DNA from: Eledone cirrhosa
Taxonomy: Eukaryota
Length of the DNA: 64,000 nucleotides
Assembly: GCA_964016885.1 (NCBI GenBank)
Contig: OZ024743.1
Coordinates: 185,690,001-185,754,000 of the forward strand
Reading direction: 5' to 3'
The position numbers were made by a program, and so were the translations under genes. A model generated the notes under the pieces. That model saw only the letters and a program-made list of their open reading frames with translations. It did no database searches and had not been told where the DNA came from. This document shows positions 39,360 to 54,904 of the stretch, piece by piece (position 1 is the stretch's first letter; every line of letters starts with the position of its first letter).

Positions 39360-42300
39360 GTGTTTGTGAGTGGTGTGTGTGATTGTATGCATGAATGAGT
39401 GTTGGTATGTGTGGTTGTGGTTTGTATGCATGAGTATTGGTGTGTGAGTCGTGTCAATAAGTTTTTTTTTTTTTTTTTTTTTTTTTAATGACCATGCTGT
39501 AAAATGGAGGGGTAGAGAGGGCCCTTGAGTCTAGTAAGACATCCTCTCTAGTGCTGGTGGCACAAATAAAAGCACCCAGTCCATGCTGTAAAGTGGCACT
39601 GGTGTTAGGAAGGGCATCCAACCAGTGTATCAATGCCAAAAAGCTTATCAGCACAGCAACAAAACAGCATAGGAAAATATGAAGACGTCGCATCTCAGAG
39701 TTGCAACACTTAATGTTGGCACTCTCAGAGGTAGATCTGCTGAAATAGCGGAGATGCTGGAGAGAAGGCAGGTGGATGTGTGCTGCGTGCAAGAGGTGAG
39801 ATGGAGAGGTGCCTCTGCGAGACTAGTCGTAGGCAAGCGTCTTAGCTATAAGCTATTCTGGGTAGGTAAGGATGATGGGTTAGGGGGAGTAGGCATTTTC
39901 CTGGCTGAGAAATGGATCAATAAGACAATAGAGGTAGTTCGAGTTAGTAATCGAATAATTAAGCTTAGATTAGTTGTAGGTAGGAGACTACTGACAATCA
40001 TCTCGGTCTATGCTCCCCAAGCAGGCCTAGGCAAAGATGAGAAAGACTGCTTTTATGAGCAACTTTTGCAAACAACCACAATGACAGAGGACGGAGACAT
40101 CGTTATGCTAGCAGGAGACTTCAATGGTCATGTTGGACAGCTCCAGGATGGTTACACTGGGGTACATGGTGGGCACGGTTACGGTTCAAGAAATGAAGAA
40201 GGAGTGAGACTTCTTGAATTTTGTGATGCGAGTACATTGACTATTTGCAACACAAACTTCCAGAAACCTGCCAATCACCTAATAACCTACAAATCTGGTG
40301 AGCACATAAGCCAGATTGACTTCCTGCTAGTTAGGCAGCGGGACAGGCAGATAGTGTCTAATACCAAGGTATACCCTGGGGAAGAATGTACCCCACAGCA
40401 TAGGTTAGTTGTTAGTGATATCTCAGTAAGCAAGAGATGGAATGAGACATATAGGAAGGTGTGGAGAAGAAAGGTCTGGAAGCTAAAAGACCTTTCACTA
40501 AAATACAAATTTAGGAAAGCCCTTCAAGATGTATATGACGAAAAAGAAGACGATTTAGAGACGTATGACATAGATAATAACTGGAAGTTCTTACGTGACA
40601 ACTTGCTGCAGGCTACTGATAAAACCTGTGGCTGGAGCAGAGCTCCAACCAGACAGAGAGTGACCTGGTGGTGGAACAGCACAGTAGATAAGGCTATTAG
40701 AGACAAAAGACTAGCATGGAAGGCTTGGAAAAAGGGTGGGAGTAGGGAAGAATATACAGCCACTAAGAGAGAAGCTAGACGTCAGGTGTACTTAGCACGC
40801 AGGGAGGCAGAGAGTAGGAGGTTTGCCAATGTTCTGCGATGGGAAGATCAGAGGCGTGCGGTGTTCCACATTGCAAGGCAGTGTGTCAATGCAAATCAGG
40901 ATGTTGTTGGAGATAAATGTGTCCGGGATGATGCCGGTGTACTTAGTGTCACGAATGACCAGAAAAAGGAGGCCTGGAAATGTCATTATGAGAGACTGAT
41001 GAATGTGGAGAACGAATGGGAGAGAGAGAAATTACCCTTGGTAGATCCGACAGAGGGACCAGCTATTGAGATTGACGAATATAGGGTCCAAGAGGCGATT
41101 AGGGAAATGAAAAATGGTAAGGCAGCCGGACCATCGGGAATAGTTGCTGAGATGCTGAAGGCATCAGGGGACGTAGGCACTAAACTGGTTGCATGCATCA
41201 TCAATCAGGCTATATATGGTGGTGTCATACCCAAAGACTGGTGCAGCAGTATTCTCATAAATTGCTACAAAGGTAAAGGGGATGCTTTGGAGAGGAGCAA
41301 TTATAAGGGTATAAAACTGATAGATCAGGTTATGAAAGTGGCAGAAAGGATTTTAGCACAACTAATTAGAGAAAGGGTCAAACTAGATGAGATGCAGTTT
41401 GGTTTTGTGCCTGGGAAAAGTACAACAGATGCCCTCTTCTTGGTGAGACAAATGCAAGAGAGGTTCTTAGAGAAGAATAAGCCACTATACTTAGCCTTTG
41501 TTGACCTAGAGAAGGCCTTTGATAGGGTACCCCGATCTGTCATCTGGTGGTCCCTAAGGAAGCTAGGTGTTGAGGAATGGCTTGTGAGGACAGTGCAAAC
41601 TTTGTACAGAGGTACTCTCAGTAAAGTCAGGGTAGGAATGGAGTTTAGTGAGGAATTCCAGATACAAGTAGGAGTACATCAGGGTTCGGTCCTCAGCCCG
41701 CTCTTGTTCATTATAGTCCTCCAAGCCATAACAGAGGAGTTTAAGACTGGCTGTCCATGGGAACTTCTCTATGCTGACGATCTGGCTCTTATAGCAGAAT
41801 AAGTAGAGGAGCTAGAGAATAAATTCCGGCTATGGAAACAGCAGTTGGAAGCAAGAGGACTGAGAGTAAATCTAGCTAAGACAAAAGTGTTGATGAGTAG
41901 AAAAGAGGACAAAACCCTGATTCCGTCAAGGAAATGGCCATGTTCGATATGCAGAAAAGGAACTGGCATAAATTCTATAAAATGCACACAATGCAGGTCC
42001 TGGGTACACAAGAGATGTAGCGGGATAGCAGGCAAACTAACAGGTAGGGAGAAATATGTATGCAGTAGATGTACAGGGAAATTAGACAGTAGAAGTCACA
42101 CTGATAGACACATTTTTCAAATGCGAGAGGGCGCTATAGAAGTGGTGGATAGCTTCCGCTACCTAGGAGATCAGATTAGCATGGGAGGAGGGTGTTCCGA
42201 GGCCATAGTATCTAGAATAAGGACGGGTTGGAAGAAGCTTAGGGAGCTGCTTCCTCTGTTGACGAAGAAGGGTTTCTCCCTGCGTACGAAAGGCCGGTTG

Positions 42301-42775
42301 TATGATGCCTGTGTGAGGAGCGCGATGCTGCATGGTAGTGAGACATGGGCAGCAACCGCAGAGGATATGCAACGGCTGGAGAGAAATGAGGCAAGCATGC
42401 TCCGTTGGATGTGCAGTGTAAATGTGCGTGAACGACCCAGCATAAATGTGTTGAGAGAGAAACTGTGTCTGAGAGGGATAGAATGTAGTGTACGGGAGAG
42501 GAGACTGAGGTGGTATAGACATGTGATGCGCATGGAGGATGACCGATGGGTGAAGAAGTGCCAGGAAATGCCAGTTGAAGGAAGACGTGGTAGAGGTAGA
42601 CCACGAAAAACATGGGCGGAGGTGGTGAGAACAGACCTCAGATCATTGAAGCTCACGGTGGAGATGACGAGGGACCGTGACGAGTGGAGAGATGCTGTGC
42701 TGAATAAGACCCGTCCCACCCTTGCAAGCAGGGAAAAGCGGACGTAAAATGATGATGATGATGACGATGATGATG

Positions 42776-42777
<2 letters not shown>
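39360..42777 (+). mobile_element. RTE family C, full-length copy
   Basis: GT-rich 5' leader shared with 62795-62940; APE-RT ORF; almost no 3' UTR before the (GAT)n tail. Confidence 0.93.
39679..42747 (+). pseudogene. RTE-C polyprotein with one in-frame TAA (41800-41802)
   Basis: ORFs 39679-41802 and 41845-42747 share a frame; the stop lies where family A has Ser (TCA), just after YADD. Confidence 0.92.
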
Positions 42778-44508
<1,731 letters not shown>

Positions 44509-44511
<3 letters not shown>

Positions 44512-45754
44512 CATCATCATCATCATCATCAACGTTTAACGTCCGTGTTCCACGCTTGCATGGGTTTGGACGGGGGTAGTCCCACTTGAGGCAAGAGTGA
44601 TTGTCTTGCTCGCATAGGACTGTCTGGCAGGTTTTCTACAGTTGGATGCCCTTCCTAACACCAACCACATTTACAGTGTGGGTCTGGGAGGTTTTTACCG
44701 TGTTGCCTACACGGCCACATTACAGCGTGGACTGTGTGTTTTTTTGTCGTGACACCTACACGATCTCATTTGTTTCGGCCTATGGCGCGGCACCAACATA
44801 ACTTTACATAGAACGGGGTGGTGTGGATGGGGTGGGGGTGGTGGTGGTGGGACGGGGTGTATTTTGTTAGAGATGCCTACTGGTTGGAGTAGGTTTTACT
44901 ATATATTTAGGTAAGGCGGGTCTTCTCTGTTACTGAGTACCGCCAAAGGTCTCGGTCCAGTGACATTGTCTTGGAGAGGTGTAAGTGTGTGATGTCGGAG
45001 TTTATCAGCTCGTCCCAGGTTTTTCTAGGTCTGCCTATTCCGTGACTACCGTCTATCTTTATTGCCCTGCACTTTGTTATACAGCTATCGACTTTCATGC
45101 GCATCACGTGTCCATACCAACGTAGCCTTCTCTCGAGTAAACAACATCTGATCCCTCTTATCTCTAATTTTTTCCTTAGTTCGTTTATGCTTTGCCGTTC
45201 ACGTATATTACTGTTACACATCCAGCGGAGCATGCAAGCTTCGTTCCTCTCTAGTCTGCGTATATCCTCTGCACACAATGCCCAGGTCTCACTGCCATGC
45301 AGCATTGCTGTTCGTATGCAGGCATCGTACAACCTGCCTTTCATTTTTAAGGAGAACCCTTTAGCAGCTAATAGTGGTATAAGCTCTCTGAACTTTTTCC
45401 AACCAGTTCTGACTCTAGCTACAGTACTTTCAGAGCACCCTCCCCCACTGCTGATTTTATCGCCCAGGTAACGGAAGCTGTCCACTATTTCTATAGAACC
45501 CTCTGCGCAATTGAAAGAGCTAGTATTTTGTGGGCACTTGCTGCTACTTATTGCACCAGAACACCGGCCACATGTAAAATCTATGTTCTTAGTTAGCTTA
45601 CCTGTGATCCCACTACATCTTTTATGCACCCATACTTTGCATTTAGGACATAAAATGGAGTTTCTACCTACGCCTTTCCTACACACCGAGCACGACCATT
45701 TCCCAGAAGGGACCGCCGCCTTGTTTTCTTTCCTACAAACTAGAACTTTGGTCT
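44509..45754 (-). mobile_element. RTE family A 3' fragment, nearly identical to 4277-5522
   Basis: ORF 44907-45686; (CAT)n tail. Confidence 0.94.
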
Positions 45755-45778
45755 TATATATATATATATATGTATATA

Positions 45779-45926
<148 letters not shown>

Positions 45927-45927
45927 T

Positions 45928-46140
45928 GTCGTTTCTGAATTTGTTTAGCAAGATTCTTTATCTGAAATCGTGTGTTGAAACCGATATTGTTATACTTTGG
46001 GAGGGTCATGTTGCCAATAAGAAACACATGCACCAGTTGCTTTCACTTCAATTTAATTTTATAATAAATTAAATTGAAGTGAAAGCAACTGGTGCGTGTG
46101 TTTCTTATTGGCAACATGACCCTCCCAAAGTATAACAATA
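45928..46140. mobile_element. Short fold-back of the 29643-family 3' tip (arms about 75 bp, axis near 46062)
   Basis: tattgttatactttgggagg...aatttaattt / aaattaaatt...cccaaagtataacaata. Confidence 0.85.
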
Positions 46141-46152
46141 TATATATATGTA

Positions 46153-46385
<233 letters not shown>

Positions 46386-46402
46386 GTATATATATGTATA
46401 TA

Positions 46403-46518
46403 TTTCGTTTCTGAATTTGTTTAGCAAGATTCTTTATCTGAAAACGTGTGTTGAAACCGATATTGTTATACTTTGGGAGGGTCATGTTGCCAATAAGAAA
46501 CACACGCAACAGTTGCTT
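46403..46518 (-). mobile_element. Solo 3' tip of the 29643 family
   Basis: Reverse complement of about 30108-30224. Confidence 0.85.
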
Positions 46519-46771
46519 TTTCCTTGAGCAAGACACTTTATTTCACATTGCTCCAGTTTACTCAGCTGTAGAAATGAGATGATAGGGACTGGGGTCCATA
46601 TCATTCCACTGCAAAGTGGTCATGGAGGTGTGACGGCAAAAAAGCACCCAGCACTCACTGTAAATGAGGTTGGTGTTAGGAAGGGCATCCAGCTGTAGAA
46701 ATCAAGCCAGAATCAGTTCTCGTCCCTCCCTTGCAAGCAGGGAAAAGCGGACGTAAAGTGATGATGATGAT
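46519..46771 (+). mobile_element. 5'-truncated SINE: CORE-like segment + RTE-B UTR module + RTE-C tail
   Basis: ccttgagcaagacacttta...cagtttactcagctgtagaaatg resembles the MIR/CORE domain; ends ccttgcaagcagggaaaagcggacgtaaa(gat)n. Confidence 0.7.
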
Positions 46772-46991
46772 GTATATATATATATATAAATATGTATATA
46801 TTTATATATATAAATATGTATATATATATATATAAATATGTATATATATATATATATATATTAATATGTATATATATATAAATATGTATATATATATATA
46901 TATCAATATGTATATATATATAAATATGTATACATATATATATATATAAATATGTATACATATATATATATAAATATGTATATATATATAA

Positions 46992-47028
<37 letters not shown>

Positions 47029-47118
47029 TGTATATATATATATAATATGTATATATATATATATATATATATAAATATGTATATATATATATAATATGTA
47101 TATATATATATATATATA

Positions 47119-48013
47119 CAGGGTGCAGATGACATCTGTTCGCAATTTTCAACTGCTAATTTTATGCCAATTTTTTTTTTTGCTTCCGTTGTCACTCTTG
47201 TCTTCATAAAAACAGTGACTATATTTCCATTATTTATTTTCAGAATAATTGATTATGAATAATTTTGAACCTCCAAATTTGTGGAAGAGACATGGAGTTC
47301 TTCTTGGAATCCACGCCGAGAGGACAAATAAGTAAATTTCAGACTTTCCCAGCATCAGCAGGAGAATGGTGTCTCATCCAAAGACGTGCCCAGAGTCATG
47401 CAGACAAAGATTCCAGCGACAACATCGGTCTTAGGTGTCGTCAGCAGTCAAGGTGACGTCATGCCACCTCACTTCTTCCCTGAGGGCCTCAAGCTGAACA
47501 CCGATGGCTACATCCGCGTTCTGAGTGAGGTAGTAAAGCCATGGATCGACCAGGTAGCTGCAGGTAGGCCGTACGTGTGGCAGCAAAACTCAGTGCCCTG
47601 CCATACCAGCCGAAAGACCCAAGCCTGGCTGTCAGAAAACTTTGTTGACCACACTTCACCTGACATCTGGCCTCCCAGCTCGCCTGACTGCAACCCCCTC
47701 GACTTCTTTGTGTGCGGCGCAGTGGAACGAGACACCAACAGATCTAGCTGCAATACGAAAGACGATCTGAAGGCCAGGATCACAAGTGCCTTTAGGGGCC
47801 TAAGTCGGGGGACAGTGACGAAGGCCTGTAGCCGGTTCCGAGGCCGCCTTGAGGCCATCATTAAAGCCAATGGCGGGTTTATCGAGTGAGATCGAAAGAA
47901 CCAGTCATGAAGACAAACTGACCCAAGTTTGATAAATATATCTTAAAAAATAAAACTACTGTCTTATTTTTTCCTAGACAGTAATCTTGTGAACAAATAT
48001 CATCCGCACCCTG
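47119..48013 (+). mobile_element. Internally deleted Tc1/mariner transposon, DD37D (maT) type
   Basis: Imperfect TIRs cagggtgcagatgacatctgttcgcaa / ttgtgaacaaatatcatccgcaccctg, TA flanks. Confidence 0.9.
47386..47889 (+). pseudogene. C-terminal half of DD37D transposase (second Asp mutated to Asn)
   Basis: WQQNSVPCH...WPPSSPDCNPLDF with 37 residues between the catalytic positions; ends IKANGGFIE. Confidence 0.88.
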
Positions 48014-48015
48014 TA

Positions 48016-48097
<82 letters not shown>

Positions 48098-48110
48098 GTA
48101 TATATATATA

Positions 48111-48141
<31 letters not shown>

Positions 48142-48641
48142 ATATGTATATATATATAATATGTATATATATATATATGTATACTTATCAAAGGTCAGCT
48201 AATGAAATAAAACCAGCAGGAGAGAATGTTTAGAACCGCGTTCCCAAACACCCTTATCTTGCAACCTCACCATTTTCTGAGTGTATATATGTGTGTGTGT
48301 GTGTATATGTATGCTTTAATTCCTCCAAATCTTCATCATCGTCAACACTCATTAACACCACACCCTACACACTTCCAAATCTCTCTTATATATATATAAT
48401 CACACATCTCAACACAACCTGATCTCAGTTTGACAATCGCCACAGACAAATGCGAGAAAGTTCTCCAACAAAAGTTAACCAGGAATCTTTAAAATTCTTT
48501 CCACCGAAGTTAACAAAGAACTTACTAGATTTACCAACTCATAATATTATAATAATATGAAGTCATTCTTTTACTTTTTTTCAAATATATATATATATAC
48601 AATATATTAATAAATGGAAACTATATTTATAAAACCATAAT

Positions 48642-48707
48642 TATTTTATTATATATATTTCAAGGGCGACCAAGGTAAATTATGGTGCGCTTTCATCAGA
48701 TAAAATA
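48642..48707 (-). ncRNA. Hammerhead, mirror copy
   Basis: Reverse complement of 48848-48913. Confidence 0.7.
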
Positions 48708-48847
48708 CAGATTCGTTTTATAAATAAATATTGACATACCCGGAAAAAAGACAACCTCAACGGTTGAAATTCGCTGGATAGTGAATTTCAACCGTTGAGG
48801 TTGTCTTTTTTCCGGGTATGTCAATATTTATTTATAAAACGAATCTG

Positions 48848-48913
48848 TATTTTATCTGATGAAAGCGCACCATAATTTACCTTGGTCGCCCTTGAAATAT
48901 ATATAATAAAATA
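48848..48913 (+). ncRNA. Type I hammerhead ribozyme, canonical core
   Basis: tattttat CTGATGA aagcgcacca...tggtcgccctt GAA atatatat A ataaaata. Confidence 0.75.
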
Positions 48914-49199
48914 ATTATGGTTTTATAAATATAGTTTCCATTTATTAATATATTGTATATTTACTCCACTAACTTGTTGAGTGCTTTATATCAGTTATAA
49001 AAGTTTTTAAGCTTGTTGAATCCCAACAAATTAAATATAACCTCTGCATATATATAAATATGTATATCTATATATATATCTATATATATGTAATATGGTA
49101 TATATATATATTACGCACTCTATTACCCACTCTACTACCTCAAGTATTGAGTACTTTGGTGCGTTATGGTCCACCTGGTTCCTTACCACATTTCCTTCG

Positions 49200-49244
<45 letters not shown>

Positions 49245-49247
49245 TAC

Positions 49248-49291
<44 letters not shown>

Positions 49292-49667
49292 TAGATACTA
49301 TGTATATATATATAATATATATATATATATAATATATATATATATAATATGTATATATATATAATATATATATATATATAATATATAATATATATATAAT
49401 ATATAATATATATATAATATATAATATATATATATATATATAATATGTATATATATATAATATATATATATATAATATATATATATATAATATGTATATA
49501 TATATAATATGTATATATATATAATATATATATATATATAATATGTATATATATATAATATATATATATATATAATATATATATATATATAATATATATA
49601 TATATATAATATATATATATATATAATATGTATATATATATAATATGTATATATATATAATATGTAT

Positions 49668-50352
49668 ATGCGTGTATACGAACAGCAATGTTACATGGTA
49701 GTGAGACCTGGGCGCTGTCTGTGGAAGACTTGCGTAGATTAGAAAGAAACGAAGCCTGCATGTTCCAATGGATGTGTAATAGTAATATACGCGAACGGCA
49801 AAGCATAAACGAATTGAGAGAGAGACTGAGCATATGAGGAATCAAATGCTGTGTGCAGGAGAGGCGGTTGTGTTGGTATGGACATGTGATGCGTATGAAG
49901 GATGGCAGCTGCATAAAAAGGTGCAGAGCACTAGAAGTCGATGGAAACCGCAGAGTGGGGAGACCCAAGAAGACCTGGGATGAGGTGATAAAAGCTGACC
50001 TTACCCAATTACACTTCTTAAAGGTGAGGACACACAACTGTGACCTCTGGCGTCATGCAGTAATACAGAAGACCCGACCCGCCACGGGTACAAGCCGAAG
50101 CTGAAGCATATAGCCAATATGCCCCACACTCTCCCACTGCAGAGTGGTCGTGGAGTTGCCACGGCAAAAAAAGCATCAAGCCCAAACTGTAAATGAGGTT
50201 GGTGTTAGGAAGGGCATCCAGCTGTAGAAATCAAGCTAGAGTCAGTACCCGTATGAGCAAGGCATGGTCAGCCGACCGGACACTTCCGACAACAAGACAA
50301 TCCGTCTAACCCATGCTAGCATGGAAGAACAGATGTAAAACAGTGATGATGA
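49668..50352 (+). mobile_element. Older RTE family B-like 3' fragment
   Basis: [14 protein letters not shown]...HAVIQKTRP; diverged UTR and tail. Confidence 0.9.
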
Positions 50353-50366
50353 TATATATATATATA

Positions 50367-50549
50367 CATCGGCTGGTGATGTTCATTTGCATACATTACA
50401 AACTTGTATCATATGTTTATTATACATAAACATATGATATATGCTTTTATATAAACCCCTATTATGAACAACGCTATATTAGTGTCACTGCTAATTAATC
50501 CTAGATGATCAAGTTTACACCATATGCAAATGAACATCCCCAGTTGATG
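50367..50549. mobile_element. MITE-like element with imperfect TIRs of about 45 bp
   Basis: ctggtgatgttcatttgcata / tatgcaaatgaacatccccag. Confidence 0.55.
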
Positions 50550-51379
50550 TGTCATATGCAAAATTTCAAATAAGCTTTAGTTTATCCTTGTCTTAGTACC
50601 GATTGAGTGGTGGTGGTGGTGGTGTAGGTGGTGTTTGTAGTGGTGGTGGTGGTGGTGTTAGCATTGGTGGTGATGGTGGTGTTGGTGTTGGTGGTGGTCT
50701 TGATGGTGGTGGGGTGGTGATGCTGATGAGGACAAGGAAGAGGAGGAGAATAGTCATGTAATACATTATTGATTCTGTAGCAGCCTGATTTAATTGATAA
50801 AGCAATGTTTAATAAAATCCAAATATCAAATTCTGATCAATTATCCAGTTATGTAAAACAAAGATAGTGATCTATTGCTCAACTGCCCCACTAGCTTTAC
50901 TTTAGATAATTCATGTCACACTTAAAATTGGTTCAATCCAACATACTGAAAAAAAAATTTGTTTTTAAATATATTGTTGGTGGCTGTTTAACAGCCTCTT
51001 CCGTGCCGTAGATGAGATACCTCATACCTAACATGTATGCATTCCAGTGCCACAGGCGAGATAATTCATCCTAATACGTTTGAACTCTTTTCCAACAGTT
51101 CATAATTTCAAAGTTAACATTTCATAAAGTTATCACAGTTCATAACTTCAAAGCTAGATGGAGTTACTAGTTTATTGATGTGACGTTTGTCAATCATTCA
51201 GATGTGTTGTTAATAAATGATTGTTTAAAAAAATAGTCATTTTACTGAAAAAAACAAAACAGGCACAGCAACTGTAGCTGTGTAAAATATATGCAGCAGT
51301 CAACAGGTTAATGTGTGTGAAACATATTCTTCACTAGGTTTAATCAAAGGAGACTATGTTAGAACTCTATCAACAAGAA

Positions 51380-52170
51380 AAGAGGATTTAGCTACTAAAA
51401 AATTCTCCAAATTATTTAAAGGCAATGGGAAGTTTAAAACTGATATAAAATCTGTAATGTATGCATGTTTGTACTGTTAAAGCCTGGTGGAGTCGTAAGG
51501 GAATCATAGTGACATATGGCATGTCTTTGTCATTTTAAAGATGGTGGTCATTTTAAAGATGGTGGATCCCACAACTCTCCAGGTATGAACATAACAGATT
51601 TCTTCCAGAGAGAGAAGATAAATCAATCCCACTGGTACTTTTTTTATTAACTTTGGATGGATGAAAAAAAATCTGCAAAACCATCTATGATGTGAATACC
51701 ATCTGTTGTAAAGAATTAAGTAGAAGAATATTTGTTAATTGAGAAAGTTGATGGCCCCACACTGGGTTTCACTACTGGTTGTGGCACCAAAGCAAGATGG
51801 CTGGATTTATTTGTGTGTGAACTTAATTGAGGACAATATTGATTTTCTGATGTTGATGGGATACTGGAACATTTTAATGGATTATGCTTCTTTTCAAAAC
51901 CGAATCTTAATATGGTCTATCATCAAGTAGAATTAGATTGAACTATCATAATCTCAATATAAAAAGGAAATATAAACCTAACATAATTAATATTGCAGAT
52001 GTCCAACTCTTTCTATCAGGGAAAATGAACATTAAATGATGATGATGATGATGATGATGACAAGGTGACAGCATTCTAATCTGTATTTGATCAAAAGAAG
52101 ACCATGACACAGCATTAAATTTGTGCCCAACATAATAATGGCCTTCATTCAATCAGAAGAAATATATTTT
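51380..52170 (+). pseudogene. Highly decayed Ty3/Gypsy reverse transcriptase remnant
   Basis: HWVSLLVVAPKQDGWIYLCV and FSKPNLNMVYHQVELD match the Gypsy RT motifs W.SP.V.V.KKDG..RLCVD and FSKLDL..GYHQ. Confidence 0.65.
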
Positions 52171-52336
52171 GTGTGTGAGACAGATAGAATATTCTAACTT
52201 CAATATTTGAAATGAACATACTGAACTAATGAAATATAAAATTAATGCTCTGACATACTTTAAATATCCAATAATTCTGATTGAATTAAAATGTTTTGGG
52301 GAATTACTCAGTTTTAGTTGTTTCATACTACATTAA

Positions 52337-52525
52337 TCCTTTAGCATTTATATTATTCTATATTTACTATTGTATTCTCACATAATATCGAATCAATGAG
52401 ATTTTGATGTTATTTATTTTGAGAACAATACCTTAATGTAGATATAAGCAGCCAGTTAGAGCCGGTTTGAACAGAAAGAGGTGAGAGAATTCTGGCCGGA
52501 TATGGCTGGTTTAAATGCTAAAGGG
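52337..52525. mobile_element. piggyBac-type MITE with TTAA TSD
   Basis: ttaa|tcctttagcattta ... taaatgctaaaggg|ttaa; second copy at about 60105-60316. Confidence 0.8.
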
Positions 52526-53023
52526 TTAACATATTTTGGGGAGTTACTCAACTATCTTAGTTGTTTCATATTATATTTACCTACTATGATAGGTTTATTA
52601 AAGAAATTGATTATAAAAAAAAGGGGGTTTCAGTAGGAAAGTGATCACAGGAAGAAACATTTCAGATATTAAAACAATGTATAATCTCACATACACTAGT
52701 GAAAATTGGTGTACCAGAAGACATAGTTGATCTTCAGGCATTTGCTGCCAGTTCATCCAAAGACTTGAGCTGTGCTCCCGTGAAGGGCGCTCTACGGCTT
52801 GGCCGACCAGGTCCGAAACCCAGGCTAATTAGACTGTCTTTTTCGAACTCAACTGAGGCATGTTCATACCTTATATGAGCTCTGCGCATTCCTTGGGGTT
52901 GTCAGTAACCTGGCTTGTGTGGGGATTGCGAAAAGCACCAACTGGAGAGTGAGGCCTCTGCTTTGAGTGAACATACTTCCAGAACACCTTACTGTCAGGG
53001 CTGGTTGCTATGCGCTGCTCAAA

Positions 53024-54900
53024 TTAAAGCACTGCCTTTTTTGTCACCTGTTTGAGATGGCTGGATGATTTATTTCGCCTCTTCCTATTGATATCTGATT
53101 TATGCAGTTTGTACTCACGTTCAGCATTACGACGTTCTTTTCTGGCAAGATGGACTGCTGCAGTCTCCCAAATTGCACTTTTGGGATGTTTTTTCTGCTT
53201 ACATGGCACTGATGCTGCACATGCTGTCCATATTGAGCTCAGGATGTTCTGGAGTACAGTGTTGACATCTCCAGAGTCGTAGAACTGAAGCCAGTTTGGA
53301 CGTTGCAACTCGATGCAGTAACAGTTCCAGTCTGCTATATTCCAGTCAAAGTGAGCAGTTTGGAGATGGTTGTGGTTTTTGTTACTGCCCATGAGGGATA
53401 GATTGGCAATGATCATAGCATGATCAGAGTCACCTAAAGGTTCTTAAGCAGTAACACTAATAACCATTTCAGGAGTAGTGGTGAAGAGTAGGTCCAAAGT
53501 GTTGTCACCTCTTGTTGGGGAGGTGACTACTTGGGACTAATTCGAGTCCAGCACTAGCTCAAGGAAGTCATTTGCACTTGGCAGCCAATGAAAGGGTGAT
53601 TGAAGTCCCCTGCAATAAAAACATAAGTCGCTGTTTTCCTGGCAGCAACTCTGAGGATATCACAAAGTTGAGTGTCCTGATGGTAATTTGGGGGACAGTA
53701 AATGACTCCAAGTAGCAGTGTTGACATGGTCATGCGTGTATCACAGAAAAATACTTCCTGCCGCGATTGGTTCAAATCAACACAAGGAATTGCTGACAAA
53801 TTTGACCGAACGTAGACCATTACACCACCACCACGATGATTAATGCGGTCTTTACGAAACAAGTTGTAGCCAGTTATGCTGAAAACCCCATCACAGAGTA
53901 AGGAATGTGCCCAAGTTTCCATGACTGTAATGAAGTCAGGGTTGATACTTTTGACGTAGGAGTCTAAAAGATGAATCTTATTGCATAGACTATGTGCATT
54001 CAAGGACAACAATTTATACCTTGATTCCAGTCTATGATTATGTGCAGGGGATAGCAGGTTGTTCTGATTTAGTTTCCCAGAGTTTTTTCAGTTTTTTTAT
54101 TGTCAGTTGTTGTGGGTACAGTGTTTTCAGACCAGCTGGTATCTCTTTTTTATGTTTCACCAGCCTTAACAAACTTCCATATCTGCCCATCATCACGTAG
54201 GCTGAAGCTTTCATGTTCTGCCGAGTTGCGGTTTAAGGAAGCTGCAGCACGCAGCTTCAGGCGGACATCAGGTGGAAGACCAGGGCGTGTTTGGAAAACA
54301 ATCCGACTTTCACACCTAGCTTTATCAGAGGCTACAAGGTATGAACGGGCCTCAGTTGAGTTCGAAAAAGACAGTCTAATTAGCCTGGGTTTCGGACCTG
54401 GTCGGCCAAGGCATAGAGCACCCTTCGGGGGAGCACAGCCCAAGTCTTTGCATGAACTGGCAACACATGCCTGAAGATCAACCATGTCTTCTGGTACACC
54501 AATGGCAATCACTTCGTGGTTTGCAGATTTAGTGGCATTCTCAATGCGTCTAGGTTCAACATGAGGTACGCAGAGATTTTTTAACAAGGCACTCCGGTAA
54601 GATCCCTCATTGTGAGGTTCTACACGAATGCTTGATTTTATTCCCGCTATTTCTCGGCTTAAAGCGGAAATCATTTGCCGTATTCCCTCAAACTCCGTAT
54701 TGACGATCAATTATTATTGTTGTTCTTCTCCTTCAACAAGCATGGTAGGGGAAGACACAATCGTCGGTTGTTGTTGTTGAAAAGTAACGGGGAAGGAAGA
54801 CATGGGTTGCTTTTGTTGATGAAGTCCTTCAATGGGGGTAGTAGCAGAAGCTACGGTCATTGGTTTTTCGGTTTTTGGTTTTTGCTGTTGTTCAGGAAAT
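53024..54900 (-). mobile_element. CR1/L2-group LINE 5' half (ORF1 + APE), decayed
   Basis: ORF1-like 54150-54710 (SYRSAL, IAIGVPE, LGRPGPKPRLI); APE 53554-54012 (LNAHSLCNK, ETW, RKDR..RGGGV, IAGDFN); inverted ORF1 piece at about 52705-52875. Confidence 0.85.
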
Positions 54901-54904
54901 TGTC

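Larger units (their letters stand above)
48595..49048. mobile_element. Fold-back hammerhead mini-element (arms about 180 bp, axis near 48777, unpaired tip 48961-49048)
   Basis: ...cggttgaaattcgct ggat agtgaatttcaaccg... Confidence 0.9.

Noticed and set aside
50987-51311. Possible piggyBac-like non-autonomous element between TTAA sites
   Set aside because: Terminal repeats too degenerate to support
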